Below, one piece after another: positions 22,201 through 35,440 of a stretch of DNA of 64,000 nt. Source of the DNA: Takakia lepidozioides (taxonomy: Eukaryota; Plantae; Bryophyta); NCBI GenBank assembly GCA_030704615.1, contig CM060731.1, positions 57,164,001 to 57,228,000 on the forward strand, given 5' to 3'. The notes under the pieces are model-generated. The model was not told the DNA's origin, did not search any database, and was given only the letters and a program-made list of their open reading frames with translations. Position 1 is the first letter of the stretch, and every line of letters starts with the position of its first letter. Both the position numbers and the translations under genes were made by a program.

Positions 22201-25200
22201 TAGCATCAAGCAGAGAAGCAAAGGTGCCTCTGGGGAAGATCAAGGTATTGGCATATAATCGCACTGGCACGCTCTTTAGGACTGCCACCTGTGCCACCCA
22301 GTTCCTCACTTCTCAACAGTACAAAGTAACCTTGTAGGTCAGCACCAGAAAATCCATTTCTGGACAAAGCTCTTGACTTGAGTATTTGCCAGAAAGTTAG
22401 ATACTACAGTAATCAAAACCCCATACAAGGTTGTGTTCTACAGGTCCATATCAACTCACAGTGGCTATTTATGGCCCACCTTTAGGCCCAAAAAAGAGCA
22501 TCAAACCCCATCAGATCACCCACAGCTGAGAGTTAGGAGTTTTGAAACATAGCACAAAGTTACAGAATAAATGCAAAAAAGCATACTACCCACTTAAATC
22601 AAACCAATAAAGTCTATCTCCTCAAGCTGGTTATGTGCTACATTTCAGTGCTGAGAATTAGATAGCTCAAAGGTACCTTGTGATCCATCTTATCTGTTGG
22701 GACCTTTGGCTATGGCCACAAGGCTATGGCAGACATTGTCTTATGAGTATGTGTATTAGGTCTTTTGAGACTACCGCAGAGTTAACAAATATCTTTCTAT
22801 CTTTCCCTCCACTGTGTTGTTTTGCTGCGTCTTTTTGTGCCTCCTGCAGACATAACATGTTTTCCTTTCTTTTTCTTTCTTTGTTCTCTCCTATTTCTCC
22901 TTATTATCAGCTCTTTATTTCACAAAGGACTAGGTAGCACCCATAACCACACTTGTCATATCTGTTCCGAAATAGAGGGCGATGGCAGCAGTGCTGGAAG
23001 GCGAACAACAATCTGGTTACAGGCAATTAGTATCAATAATGTACATGCCATAACAAACATCATACAGTGATGTTCTACATTTTCTATGAGGTCCATCCTA
23101 GGATATACATTATCGATGCTAAATCCCTTATAATCAGATTGTCGTCCACCGTACGTGAGAGTGTTGACACTTACATAGCCTGCTGGGCTAAATCACCAGA
23201 ACCTCCTCTGGGAGGGTTGATTTCCAGCTGATACTGTGCCATCCAGGGTACGTCATGGCCAATGGAAACGATCAGCAATAGATCATCTCCCTTATCTGCT
23301 GTCTCCAGAACATCGACACAGTATGTGGACAGAAGGCTTAGATTCTTATGAGTACATCTGTATCTTTCACTCGTTCCCACTGAATAAATAATTTCCCTCT
23401 TAAGGCGATAATCTCCAGCTTAAACACCTACACTCCCTGGTTGGGCTGTGAACTGATCTGGCGTCAGGGCAGAAAACCTCTAGATTATACACAGAACATT
23501 TGACACTTCAGGAGAGGTAACCAACAGGAATTCTAAATAGAAACCATACCCCTATATAGGCCAACAGCCTTGGCAGGGTTGCCATTTCCCCCACTCCCTC
23601 TGCATACCCCTGTGCATCAACAAGAACCAATTTTGCCACCTGCAGTCCGAGTGCGAACCAGACAGTTCAATGTGCTTGCACGCATTAATAGTAACAAATT
23701 CTCCAAGACTGCAGAACAAGGCATAACGGTAGAGTGAAGAAAGGCAGAGAGAACTTACAGCATAGGGATGTGCAAGTGCAAAATCAATGGCAGTTGCACC
23801 CCCTAGGCTTGACCCCACCAGTACCATAGGCCGCTTCACATATGCTTTCCAAAACTACACACAAGGGAAAGATCCATGCCACACAGCATTTTTACAAACA
23901 AGATGTATGGATCAAATTTACTTTGATTTGCTTCAGAGCACTTTGTAAAAGGTAGGCTTTACTATCCATTTGCAGACTTTTCTTCTCCTCTCGCTATAAC
24001 CCCCAAGGCCAAGTTGACCATGCAGTCAGCATTTCATCAAGTCTACTTGCAATAAGTGAAAATGCCAAAGGGTAGTGACCTCATATAGATGCTCTCGCTT
24101 TGCAGTCACCCCATATGATGTCAAACCCACTGCCAGCATGCACCACCGCGAGTTATCTCATCAGAGTGCCTCATGCAGACATAGTTTTCTACTTTCCACC
24201 AATGCACACACAAGTTAGCATCACACACATTTGAATACATTGACACTCGATCACACTAGACCTCAAATGGTTGGGAAAGAGGAGAAAATGAATCTAGTGA
24301 TCTAGTTACCAAACCAAGTGGTGTAAAGAGACCTTGCCAGTATCAGAAAAGCCCCAGCCAAGAATATCAACCACCCAACTCTCCACCCCAGCCTCCTCTA
24401 GTACTGGATAAGTGCGTCGCCATTCCAGCAATGAGCTGCCAATGCCCATCATTCTATAAGTTGACTGAAACTGGCTGAAGTCCAACTGTAACACTAGGAA
24501 TTTGATTCCTCAAAAGGAGGGCACTGCACAACCTTACTGACGCCCTTGACTTTGCCCAATTGTACAACGTTCCACTCCAACAGAAAGAAACCTGATTGTA
24601 TTCTGAAAAAGTCAATAGAGATGAAATTTAGAAAGGTGAGAATCCCATAGGGACAAGGTTCTAACCTGTCGAAACCATGGAGGAGGACTGTTGGTAATGA
24701 ACCTGTATGTATTACCTTGGGCACCACACAGCTGGTCATAACTGGCCGTGGAGAAAGACTTGTCTGTAAGATCCAATGTAACACCAACAATACAATGTCC
24801 TCTATCTCAGTTCAGAGAGCACTTGCTGTCCAGGGCGAGCACAGGAAACCCATGAAGCTTTCACATTGGGGGAGTTTGCAGTAGATGACATTAGCTCATA
24901 AGTTACTGACATAACCAAACGTCAATGAGGACATGTCACCCTATTGAGAATGTAAGAAGCTAATGGCTCCACATCCATGCTATGGCAGTATACGCAATGT
25001 AAGTTCTCCCACACCTAGAAATGGAAGGGAGGAAAAGGAAAAGAATATCCACATCCCCATGCAACGGATGTCTCAGGCCCCCATACAGATAGGCATATCA
25101 CCAGACAACCAGGCCTAAATTGCCACTTGAAGATGGAGCACCTTGACTCTCAAGCATTTCTGGTCTTCACAACTACCCACCCTGCCAAGGAGCAGCCTCA

Positions 25201-26633
25201 GAGCTAGTCATGTCCGATCTGGGTTTGAAGCCTTGGTCTTGTGAGAGACTGACCTGCACAGGAAGCCTCTGAATCCTGGCAGCCATTTCACGTGCAGCTG
25301 GTTCTTGCAAAAATTTCACATCAGGTGGAAGAAATGAAGGAAAAACCGAAGTCGGCAACTCAACATCAGCCACCGCCTGATACACAATGACCACCCACTT
25401 CAGTCAGATATCAAATAAAGCCATAACTACTAGCAGAGAATCCTGGGAACCTTGTGATGGCGTGTGCCATCCTTACCCAAATCCCTCCACCAAGAACTCA
25501 ATGGAAACCTCACATTTAATCAAGTAGCATATATTCCTCTTTGTCTGTGTTCAATCACTGGGTGACCCACTACAAAGCCTCGGCAAGGTTGAGATTAGAA
25601 TGTGACCTCTGCCTGCCTGCACCTTGGCAACTGTATTTGTAAAGGGTACTCCACTCTTGATTTCAGTTTGAGGCTCCGCAAAGTACTTCGAAAGGAATCC
25701 AAAGGAGCACCAGCGGAGGACCAACAGGAAACTGCTGGATGGACTAGGTTACGAGACTCAGTCCATTGGCTTCTGTTGTCCAGGACCCTCCCCTGTCTGT
25801 AAAAAGTGCTCAACATGCCAAAATGTGCACGCTAATCAATCAAAGAGGGGATTGCAGGAATCTATTATATGCCTCTAATCTCAGTACTTCGACTGTACAG
25901 AGTGGCTAGAATTGGCGTCTGCCGCCTCCTATGCCCATGTTCTTTCTTGGCAGGAAAATTGAGGGTCTTGTCCTACTATCCATCATTGTGTTGTTTGCGG
26001 AGTATAATACAAAGTGATACTCTTTACCAATGAATGGTGGAGAGTCTGTAAATCAGGAGGTAATCGTTGAAACATACCTGCAGCTTCCCAATTGGGAAAT
26101 GGCGAGCGTGGCCATGGCAAGTTGGCCTTGAAACCCTCTTTCCCCTCACTCCCAATCAGTCATTGTAGTGTACCTCTGCACACATATCTCGCAATTGAAG
26201 TCCATGACCAGATATCTCCCTATCATGGACCGGTGTCCCGAACCACTGAAATCGATGGTTTTACCATTGACCATCTTGAAATGTGCGAATTCAAAGATCA
26301 ACAAAGGTTGAAAAGCTCGTTAACTTATTCATACAAGCGTTAGCAAAGGCTATTGATGATGACAGTCAAGTTTTGCATGCGTTTTCAAGCTTCCCATTTT
26401 TTGTTCGTTTTCTACCTTCCCAATTTTGCAATATAATCCCTTCCAACATCTGCTGCTAGGGCGATTTCTGAGCTGAAAATCAAAACGAAAGAAATCCACG
26501 AACAAAGATGGAACCTGAAAAACACATGCACAACCTGGCGTCCACCCCATCCCCCCTCCCACTTCTAACAAATCACGGACAGTGTTTTAATAGAAAGAAT
26601 CGCTGAGCTCACCTGCAACGCTCCTGCTCGCAT
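19235..26633 (-). CDS. VTE7: Plastid alpha/beta hydrolase, VTE7/At5g39220-like, about 12 exons
   Basis: Exons assemble to FPSFLPPDV...LLHGFDSSLLEWRRTYPVLEEAGVESWVVDILGWGFSD...LVGSSLGG (GxSxG)...VGRLHCLMPGW...VIWGEQDQIL...CGHLPHVE; stop TAA 19235. First exon 26613-26633 is inferred. Confidence 0.85.
20670..21465 (+). mobile_element. 5'-truncated LINE (ORF2 C-terminus with CxxC-H-C zinc motif) in an intron
   Basis: RLKFKLRAGSLPLN...CPLCGQSEDSIHFLMHC. 3' end ttatgagtacaatctctc. gagtacaatctctc..acagggtg is duplicated at about 20650 and 21452. Confidence 0.8.
21470..21900 (+). mobile_element. Older degenerate copy of the same LINE 3' region
   Basis: ctacctttgaac...tttctgatacaatgtccagggtattctcatcagagag...ggccacaaggctac...gagtacattctctc parallels 21020-21465. 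Confidence 0.75.
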
Positions 26634-27698
26634 CACCCGTCCACAGTCGCCCGCGCGGCATCTTACGAGCGAGAGTGTGGACGTCGTCGACTACTCGACG
26701 AACGAACCAGTTTAGTGCTAACAAAACGAACGATATTAGACGCCATCAATGCTCTTATTATGCTGCTGAATTTGTGAGGGTCCTCTTCCTGGGCACACAT
26801 TCCAACCAAATACTGTCAACAGCATTCTGCTGTTATGACAACGATTACAGGCACTGTGGCAGGGAATCGGGATGCAGCCCCGAGAGGCTTTTTTAGCTCC
26901 CGTACTATTAACTTACCCGTATATGCCCTCACTAAGTTTGTTGCGGGAAGTTTGAATGGCAGGACACTGGCAAGTCTTCACTTTGGTAAGTATGCAGTGA
27001 AGCACGCACGGTGAGCTCGAAGGACTGGCAATGGCGGCTGCAGGAAGACAGACAGGATCTCTCTCGCGACAGACCTGCAGCCGATGTGACGAACGAACCG
27101 TTTAGATCGCCGTCAGTCATTCCATCGAACGATCTTTGGACGCCGTCTGCCTGAAATCGTTCATCTCGTCACATTTAACTGTCGTTCGTCGTGTTGGTTC
27201 GTTCATCCACTCTCTTTGCATGAAGAGCGGGAATGTGTGTAGGCCTGTGTTCTCTCTCGCTCGATGGGACAAATCTCGACTGCTGTGCGTAGGAAGGATT
27301 TGTGGGTTTGTGTTGCTTCGATGGTAGAATCTGAACAGACAAATACCGGAGGTGTGACTGATCAGACGTAGTTGCCGCCATGCATGCTTGGCGGAACTGA
27401 CCAGGATCAAGTGTACCCCATGAAGGTGTGATCCAGCAGATATGCTAGTGCCCAGAATGTATCTATTTCTTCAGCGTAATAATGGTGGAGCTGCATTCAG
27501 TTCAGATTGGTGTGAAATAGAAGCTATGGTTTTTTTTTTCCCGTTTTGTACAATTTGTGAGTTATGCGACAGGGAGACATGATTCCCGAAGATGGTACCA
27601 CGGCCTCGGTCTAAAGGAATCTTCATGTTAATGCCCGAGTTGGGGGTGATAGGAATGGACTCAAAGATGTAGTAGTTAGGGGGAAAAAACAATTTGCC

Positions 27699-30600
27699 AT
27701 GTTGTGCACTTGCTCCAGAGATCAGTTTAAGTTCGATGAAGGACCTGAGGTTGGGATCCCCTCTGAGCTTGCCTCTAAGGAGCTGTCTGCCAAATTAAAA
27801 GATGGAGAGGCCAAGCTGGATGAAGGCAGCATCGAGGAAGCTGAAACCTCTCTCCGGGAGGCGGTCTCTCTCAACAATGAGGTAAGGCTCTGCCCTCTCT
27901 ACCGCTAGCGTTTTTTTTTTTTCTGTTTCAGGGCATGTGTGGGACCTGCAATGGGAGTGTGGAAGTCAAGGTTCAGATTTTGATCCCGGGTTTTACCAAC
28001 TTCGGCGTGATTAGACAGAGGGAGAGACAGACAGACAGGCGGGGTCCCTCAGTGTTGGGGTGAAGAAGTTATCAATATCATCATGAGCTGGGAAGAGAGT
28101 GACAGGTTCCAGCACTAATAACACCAGAAGGGGAACCAAGCCTTATTCTTTCCCCACCCAGATATGTGAGTACCATTACACAGAATGGCCTTAGTATTTT
28201 AACCGATGTCCGCTTGTTGGCCGCCAGATAGGAAGTCCCGTCACCCATTAGGCCCAGAACGTTTCCCTCTGTAGACCGTACTTAGGGTTTAGATACACTG
28301 TTCAGAATTGTCGGTCAAACGTTGGACTTCGATCTGGCATCTTAAGTTGTAGAACTCTGCTTTTAGTTACTCAGAGTCATATAAGCTGTAGAAGAGTGCA
28401 AGCATTGGATGTGAAAACATATCGAAAGAGGGAACCAATTGTGAATCTGGCCAAGAAAGTCGGGATGGTGGAATCTTAGCTGATAATTGCAGAAGTGGAG
28501 GGATGCAGGAGGCACGGGCATTACTGGGGCGGCTTGAGTATCAGAGAGGCAATGTGGAAGGAGCCTTGCAAGTGTTTGAAGGGATTGACTTGAGCGCGAT
28601 TGTCCCACGAATGCATTTCTTTGCACCAGAGAAGGGGCGACACAAGAAGGGGAAACCACCAAAGGATGCATTCACCACTTTTCTTCATGCAGCTGGCTTG
28701 CTGCTAGAAGCCTTCTACTTGAAATGCAAGTCATTGCAGAAGCTTGGCCGTCTCACAGGTGGTTTTCGCAGCTTGTTTTTGTCCTCTTGGCGAATTTGCA
28801 TCACAAGCTGCTGTTCCACTGCCTCTGTCACAGTGCTTGTTACCCTCCTCCCGTTCCCAAATCTTGCATCCTGCAACTTTGTTGTTCCCCTGCTGAAGCA
28901 AAGATTTTGTACCAAAGAGGGTATTCCATGACTACTGCTTTCTTTGTGATGGTTCTCCCCCTAATTCTCCAACTCATGACAGTCAGCTCAACTTCTTAGA
29001 GCTAGTTTTGCCTTGAGAGCGGGTGATGCATTTCAGTTACCCAACCTACCCTGATGTACTTCAATCTCTTACTTGAAGGCAGCGTGTTTTCAGAAGCCAT
29101 ACATGAGTGCAGGCATATGCTGGAGATGATGGAGACAGCCATGCCAGGGGGCATGCCAAGTGCATGGTGCGATACCAAAGTGGCAGAGATGATGGGCAAG
29201 GCATTCCATCTGCTGCCTCAACTGCTGCTGCAGGAGGGTCTCATTGTTGAAGCCATGGCTGCCTACCGTCGTGCCCTGCTCGGCAACTGGTGTCAGGATG
29301 TGCATTTTCGGGCATGCATACAAAAGGAGTTTGCTGTATTGCTTCTCTATGGAGGAGTGGAGGCCTCCGCACCAAGCCTTGTTTTACAGGCCGACGGTGC
29401 ATATGTGCCCAAGAACAATATAGAAGAGGCCATCTTGCTGCTTATGCTACTTCTTCGGAGCAACAATGCACACTCGGATGTATTTGATACCAGCATAATT
29501 GACCACCTGTGCTTTGCTCTGTCAGTGTGTGGCCAGTCTGCTACATTGGCACATGAGTATGAGGAACTGCTGCCGGGTATTATGGCTAGATCTGAACGCT
29601 GGTACAACTTGGCCCTCTGCTACAGTGGAGCTTCGGACAATGAAGTGGCCCTCAGTCTACTGCGCAAGTCTCTCAGCAAAGTGGAGAGGCCTAATGATGT
29701 ACCCTCTCTTCTGCTGGCCGCTAAGATTTGTGCAGGCAAAGCAGAGCTTGCAAGTGAGGGAGTTGGTTATGCACAAAGAGCATTAGAGCATGTCCAAGGT
29801 GAGCTGGCGTACCTGAAAAGCTGTGCGCTGCATGTTCTGGGTGTGGCATTAGGTACCCAAGTCACCGTGGCATTGTCTGACTCAGAGAGGATGAGGCTGC
29901 AGCACAAGGCCCTCCAAGCGGTCCAAGTACGTCACATCCCACTGTATGTCTAGGCATTGCTTTTGGAGCTGTGGAATGGTAATGATTCTACGATGTTTTC
30001 TTGACCCCTGTATGCCACTCTCTAAATATTTCCTTCTCTTGGCATGACTTGTTGGTGACATGAACAATGTGACAACTAGGGCTCCAGAACAATACACCTT
30101 CAATGGCCATTGATTGAAGGAAATATATCTCACCTCTTTTTTGGGGAAGGAGCCTTATATTTCTACCTTTGGTAATGGTTTCTGAGGGGAAGACATTCTG
30201 CATGTCAGTCTTGTATGTCTTGCCCCTGAGACTCATGTCTCTATTATATTGCCATACCCGTAGTCCAAAATATAAAATGGCTGCAATAAGTCATGACCCC
30301 ACTGGTTGATCCATTCGACTCATGTTGTGATCTACATTGTGTGCAACTATGACTGCAGGAGGCGGCTGCGTTGGAGACTGAAGACCCTAAGGTGATCTTT
30401 GACCTGGGTTTGGAGTATGCCGTTCAACGTCAGCTTACTGCAGCGCTAGACTGTGCCAAGCGTTTTCTTGAACGTAGCGGAGGAGCTTGGGTGCAGGGGT
30501 GGCGCTTGTTGGCGTTGCTGCTCACTGCGCAAGAGAGACATTCTGAGGCAGAACTAGTTCTTGAAGCTGCTTTGGAAGAGACAAGTCCTTGGGAGCAAGG

Positions 30601-32215
30601 CCTGTTACTGCGTACACAGGCCAAAGTGCAGCTGGCGCTGCGTGAACCACTGCGTGCTGTGCACACCTATCAGCTTTTGCTTGCACTTGTACAAGCCGAG
30701 CGGAAGAGTTTCGAGGCTGGTAATCGGAGGAGAAACAAGGTTGACCTTGCTATCCCCAAAAATTAACCCACCAGCAGTTTCCTGGTCTGTGATGAAGCTT
30801 TTCACCTGTGGTAGGTGCTAGGATTCTATGTTGCTGGTGGAAAAGGCCAGGGGAGGGTTCTTGTGATTTTTCTCAGTGGTTCTTGGTTTAACTTAGACCT
30901 GATCTCTATTTGCAAAGTTCCATGAAAGTAACAAGGCTTGCAAGCTTGTGATACTTTGGAGTACTTTCTGGAAGTGTCTTATAGGGTCATGTGCTTCATC
31001 AGCAGTATCCATGTGAGGCCCAGCTGTACTTGTGATGGCCAGGCAGTGTAGCACCCCCTCCACGCGCAGTTAGCCTTTTTGGTGCAGTCCATTTTTTGGG
31101 TCTGTCACATCTGCAGCTTGTCCTATGAAGAGTTCCATGCCAGAACTTGCATGTCCCTCCAGCAGTCATGGTGCTTTGCGTGATTATATTCGACCATAGG
31201 ATATGGTTCAATATGCTGTGCCAGGTTGTTCCATTTGGACAGATTGACATTGTTTGTCTGGGAATGCAGGGGGAAGGAGTGGAAGAGGTTGAGGTGTGGC
31301 AAGATCTTGCAAGAGTGTACACAGACCTGAAACAATTCCCTGATGCAGAAATCTGCCTGGAGAAGGCCCAGGCTATTAAAACTTTCTCAGCTACCACCTG
31401 GCATGCCATGGGTGAGATATCGGTACTTTACCTTCTACAACAAGGAATTTGTTGTTTGCATGCCAAGTTGCTGAATTTTCTGCATACTTGATAAGAGCGC
31501 CCTTGCTGTGGGCTTATGGTTGGTTATGCTCTCATGGGGAAAAAGGGTTAAAACTTGCAACCCTCGGCCCCTTTTGGATATACTTCCACTCATGCCCATT
31601 GATCCAACTACTGTCCCTGGTGTAGTCTGGGCCATTGTCACAAGTCAAGTCATTGGGACATGCCAAAGAACAGACAGTCTCTATAGGATGGTGGCAGGAA
31701 TTAAAATCCTGTCATCAAGCTGTAAACTATCCGCCCAAAATCCTTTTTTTTGGAGTTATGAATGTGTTCTATATAATGAACCCCATTCATTAGCAGGGTG
31801 CCTCCTTCGACACCCAAGTCTCCTTTGTACTTGATGGTTGAAATGCGCAAAATTGTTTGAACTGTTGGAATGGACAGGGATGCTAAATGAGGCACGTGGG
31901 CAACCCAATGATGCCATCGCATGCTACAAGAATGCATTGGCCGTAGACGCTGGACATGTGGACAGCAAGGTGAGATTGGGTGCAGTACTGTGTCAGCGAG
32001 AAGGGAGACAGTCGCTACCAGTGGCTCGCAGCTATTTGGCTGAGGCATTGCAAGCTGAGCCCACCCATGAGGGGGCCTGGTTCCATATGGGGTTACTCCA
32101 TAAAGCAGAGGGCCATGCCCGTGAATCTGCTGAGTGTTTTGAAGCTGCAGTACTGCTGGAGCAGTCTTCACCTGTTGAAAAGTTTAGCTCCATTACCCGA
32201 GCTTTACTGTGGTGA
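27699..32215 (+). CDS. NPGR1: NPG1/NPGR-family calmodulin-binding TPR protein (TTC7-like), 6 exons
   Basis: MLCTCSRDQFKFDE start, EARALLGRLEYQRGN, LLYGGVEA, PKNNIEEAILLL, LEQSSPVEKFS. Exons 27699-27881, 28509-28758, 29094-29926, 30359-30739, 31270-31411, 31878-32215. Confidence 0.92.
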
Positions 32216-33071
32216 GTTCAGCTCTGGTTGGAAGGAGGAAAGTTGTAGCTGGCAAGGAGACCCAATTGCCCCCTTCTCTTAAATATTCTGCTGTTTTTCC
32301 TTCTTATGGGGGCCAATGAATATTCAGTTTGCTGTGATCATTCAGCTCGTCAATGTCTCGACTACAAACTTATCCACACCAGTTTCCAGTATCCAGTTTC
32401 TCTGCGTGTGGCAAACCTTGTTGCGATCAAGGTAGAAGAGCACATTCCAAAACACTTGGGAGCAAGCAATGCTGTGCATGTGCAAGGAACATTGAGGCAT
32501 CCCTAAAAAGGTGGAAGTGGCATGCAACTCAATCCAATTTTGGTAACATAAATGGATGCTGAGGTGAATCCTAGGTGTTTCTCATGCCTGCAAAGGTTAA
32601 GTATTGCACTACGAGGTGCTGTGTGAGTGTCAAGACAGCTGGATTAACCAATTACTGAGTCATGTATCCAATCTTGCATGACATTACATTTGCTTCACCA
32701 ATTCCTCCCCTCCCAGCCCTGATTTATCATCAAAGATGGTACATTGGGACCAAACTGGGCATCACTCAGTTTTGGGCCACTGGCTACCTACATGAATCAA
32801 GCAAGCGGTTATGGAACGGTGGATGCACTGCATGGCCACTTCCAGGTTTTGATTGACCTAAAATGAACTAAAAATTTTATGAGCTGCTTTAGGTCTTCCC
32901 ATGGACAAAATCACTTCCAGGAAATGGCAGAGCACCATTTTCAAGGAGGGGCAGCAGGGTGACCCTGTGTGACCACAAATCCTTTGCGAACCTGTCATGC
33001 ATGTTTAACGGAGGTGCAAGTTCAAAAGTTTTTCTATAAGTATTATTGTTCCATTCTTCCCACTATCGAGA

Positions 33072-33144
33072 GCTCCCGTGGCCTAATGGATAAGGCATCT
33101 GACTTCTAATCAGGGGATTGTGGGTTCGAGTCCCACCGGGAGTG
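33072..33144 (+). tRNA. trnR-UCU: tRNA-Arg(UCU)
   Basis: Acceptor GCTCCCG/CGGGAGT, D arm GCCTAATGGATAAGGC, anticodon loop CTTCTAA, T loop GGTTCGAGTCC; 73 nt. Confidence 0.95.
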
Positions 33145-33298
33145 CATCTTAGTTTTAGCTATATCCTTTTATTGCCTCTCACGTCCAAAATGAAGGGATT
33201 TTTGTGGAAAATCCTTGAATTAGATGGAACTTTTATCCATCTCAGAAGAACTGGTGGTAGGACCAAATCCTGCCACCCTCTTCTGTGCTGCTTCACAG

Positions 33299-33575
33299 CA
33301 GTGTTTTTTTTTTGGGCGAAAAACCGCCAAATGGCGACCTCAAAACATTAAAATGGAATATTCTGTCGCAAATTCCCTGTTTTTCCATGGATGAAATCGC
33401 CAAACTTATACAAGGAAAAAAAAACGATGGATGAATTCGCCAAAAATGGATGATGTAAATGGATGAAAGTACATATGAAGATGATTCTATCCAAATTTTC
33501 AATGGATGAACAGAATATATAGCTATTTCTTGTAGCCACTCGTGCTATTTTTCAAATTTAAGAAAAAAATTACTG
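33299..33575. mobile_element. hAT-type MITE
   Basis: Termini cagtgttttttt / aaaaaaattactg. 8-bp TSD cttcacag / cttcacat (7 of 8 match). Confidence 0.8.
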
Positions 33576-34763
33576 CTTCACATTGACTCTGATGTTGATT
33601 ATTGTAAGCGGATGGATGGGGAACAGGGTTCTCCTTCTTGTTCTCGATGGGGTAGCTACTCAAGACCACAGACAAGGCAGTGACAATGAGGGAGACCAGG
33701 TAGCCCCAACTATGTCTGGGGAATGCTGCAAAAATCAACTCAACTGTGTTTGCTACATGGTAGTCAGTGGGATTATATCCACCCAGCTGATTCTGGGCTC
33801 TAATCCTGCTACAATTATATTCTCCCCCTTCTCGGCTGTGCTCTTTTGAGCCTTGTGCTTGGCGCTCATGCGAGGTTACCCGGAAAGAGCTTAGTGTTTC
33901 CTCTCACTACAATGTGCCTAAATTGTGCCTGGATACCCCTTTAGAAAAAAGAAAAACATAAACATAAGCATGGGATACACGCAAGCTCCTATTTGTACTC
34001 CTATTTGTATACTTCTTTTTGTTTGGGAAGGGGATTGCTCCTCTTCTATCTTGGTCTCAGCCAGCTTGCTAGTAATCTCTAGTGAAGAGTATAGAAAACA
34101 TGAATTTTATATAGGTAGAACAATAACCATAAGGAGGGTAGAATATGATACCATGACAACTACAGAGGGCGAGGGACTTGAAGTTTGAAGTGACGCAGAT
34201 GGTCTTCCTGGTTTCTTCTGTCCAGCTTTCTGCTCATTTATCAGGGTTGTGCCTGTTCTTTTCTTTGCTTGTTCTGCCCCCTCTTCCTTCCTTGGATTTT
34301 TCCGATTCCTTTCCTCACTGCTTCTCTGTGTTTTATTTAGTTTTTTTTGGCTTGGACTCGGTCCTCGGTTTGGGGAAGGTTGCCCATTTGTAAGCCTCAT
34401 AGCCGCCTGGTTATTTTTTCAACGTTTTCTAATTCAATTTTTGTCTCTGGCCTTTTAAAAACAGGAAAAAGAATCACACTTAACGGCGCCGAAGATGGAC
34501 GAGAGAGAAAACGTCGTCGGTGGAGGAAAGGTCGAGTTAGGGAAGGAACACTTGGACAGGTTTGCGCGTACATACACGGATTCTCAAGTCATATACAGAG
34601 GCAGGTATGTTGTGTTTCCCGAATGATATCGGAGATCGAGTGAAGAGCTTTCCTGAAGTGGGGCGAAATTTGAGCACGAGAATCTGAGAGTTGCAGAGAG
34701 GATTACAGCGCAAAGAGGGAACCCAACAGAGCAGCGAAGGCTTCACAGGGTTTCAAGAGAAAA

Positions 34764-35440
34764 ATGTCTCACCATCACCACCACCACCACGACAAACATC
34801 ATCACTCATCCGGGTCCGGCTATGCAGCAGCTCCTGCGCCTGCTCATGGATACGGCCAAGTGGGTGCTTACGGAGCCCAGCCTTCCTATGGCTATGGTGG
34901 TTATAATGTAGCAAATCAGATGATCTCACCCCACCAGGGTGGGTATGGCGGCCCTGCTCTCTACCAAGAGGAGCAGCGCCTGCAGCAGTTCCAACATTTG
35001 CAAGCTGAGGAGCACAAGCACAAGCAGCACGAACACATGGCTGGCATGGGTGCTTTAGCTGCAGGTGCTTTTGCCATGGTGAGAGCTCTCCCTCCTTGAA
35101 GTTCTCCGTTCTTTTGCATTCTATGGTTAGAGTCTCCTGGCAAGAGAAGCGGCCAGTCTTTCATCTTTACAAGGAGAATAGTTCTCTAAACGTACGGTTG
35201 TGTACTGTTGTTATAATCTGGGAACAGTATGAACGCCATGAGGAGAAGGTGGATCCAGCGCATGCTCACAGACACCACCTTGAGGCTCAGGCTGCTGAGG
35301 CAGCTGCTCTTGGGTTGGCAGGATATGCTCTCTATGAGCATCACGAGGTGAACAAATACCACAAAGCCGAGCAGCAATACAGTGGGGGAGGCCACCACCA
35401 CCATCATGGACATCATCACCACGGCCATCACAAGCACTAA
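34764..35440 (+). CDS. ASR: ASR (ABA/WDS) protein with His-rich termini, 2 exons
   Basis: EEHKHKQHEHMAGMGALAAGAFAM/YERHEEKVDPAHAHRHHLEAQAAEAAALGLAGYALYEHHE. Intron 35079-35227 at the position typical of ASR genes. Confidence 0.88.

Noticed and set aside
23162-23526. Possible solo LTR (TGTTG...CAACA) in a hydrolase intron
   Set aside because: Flanks gagag and ggaat are not a TSD, and there is no second copy in the window.
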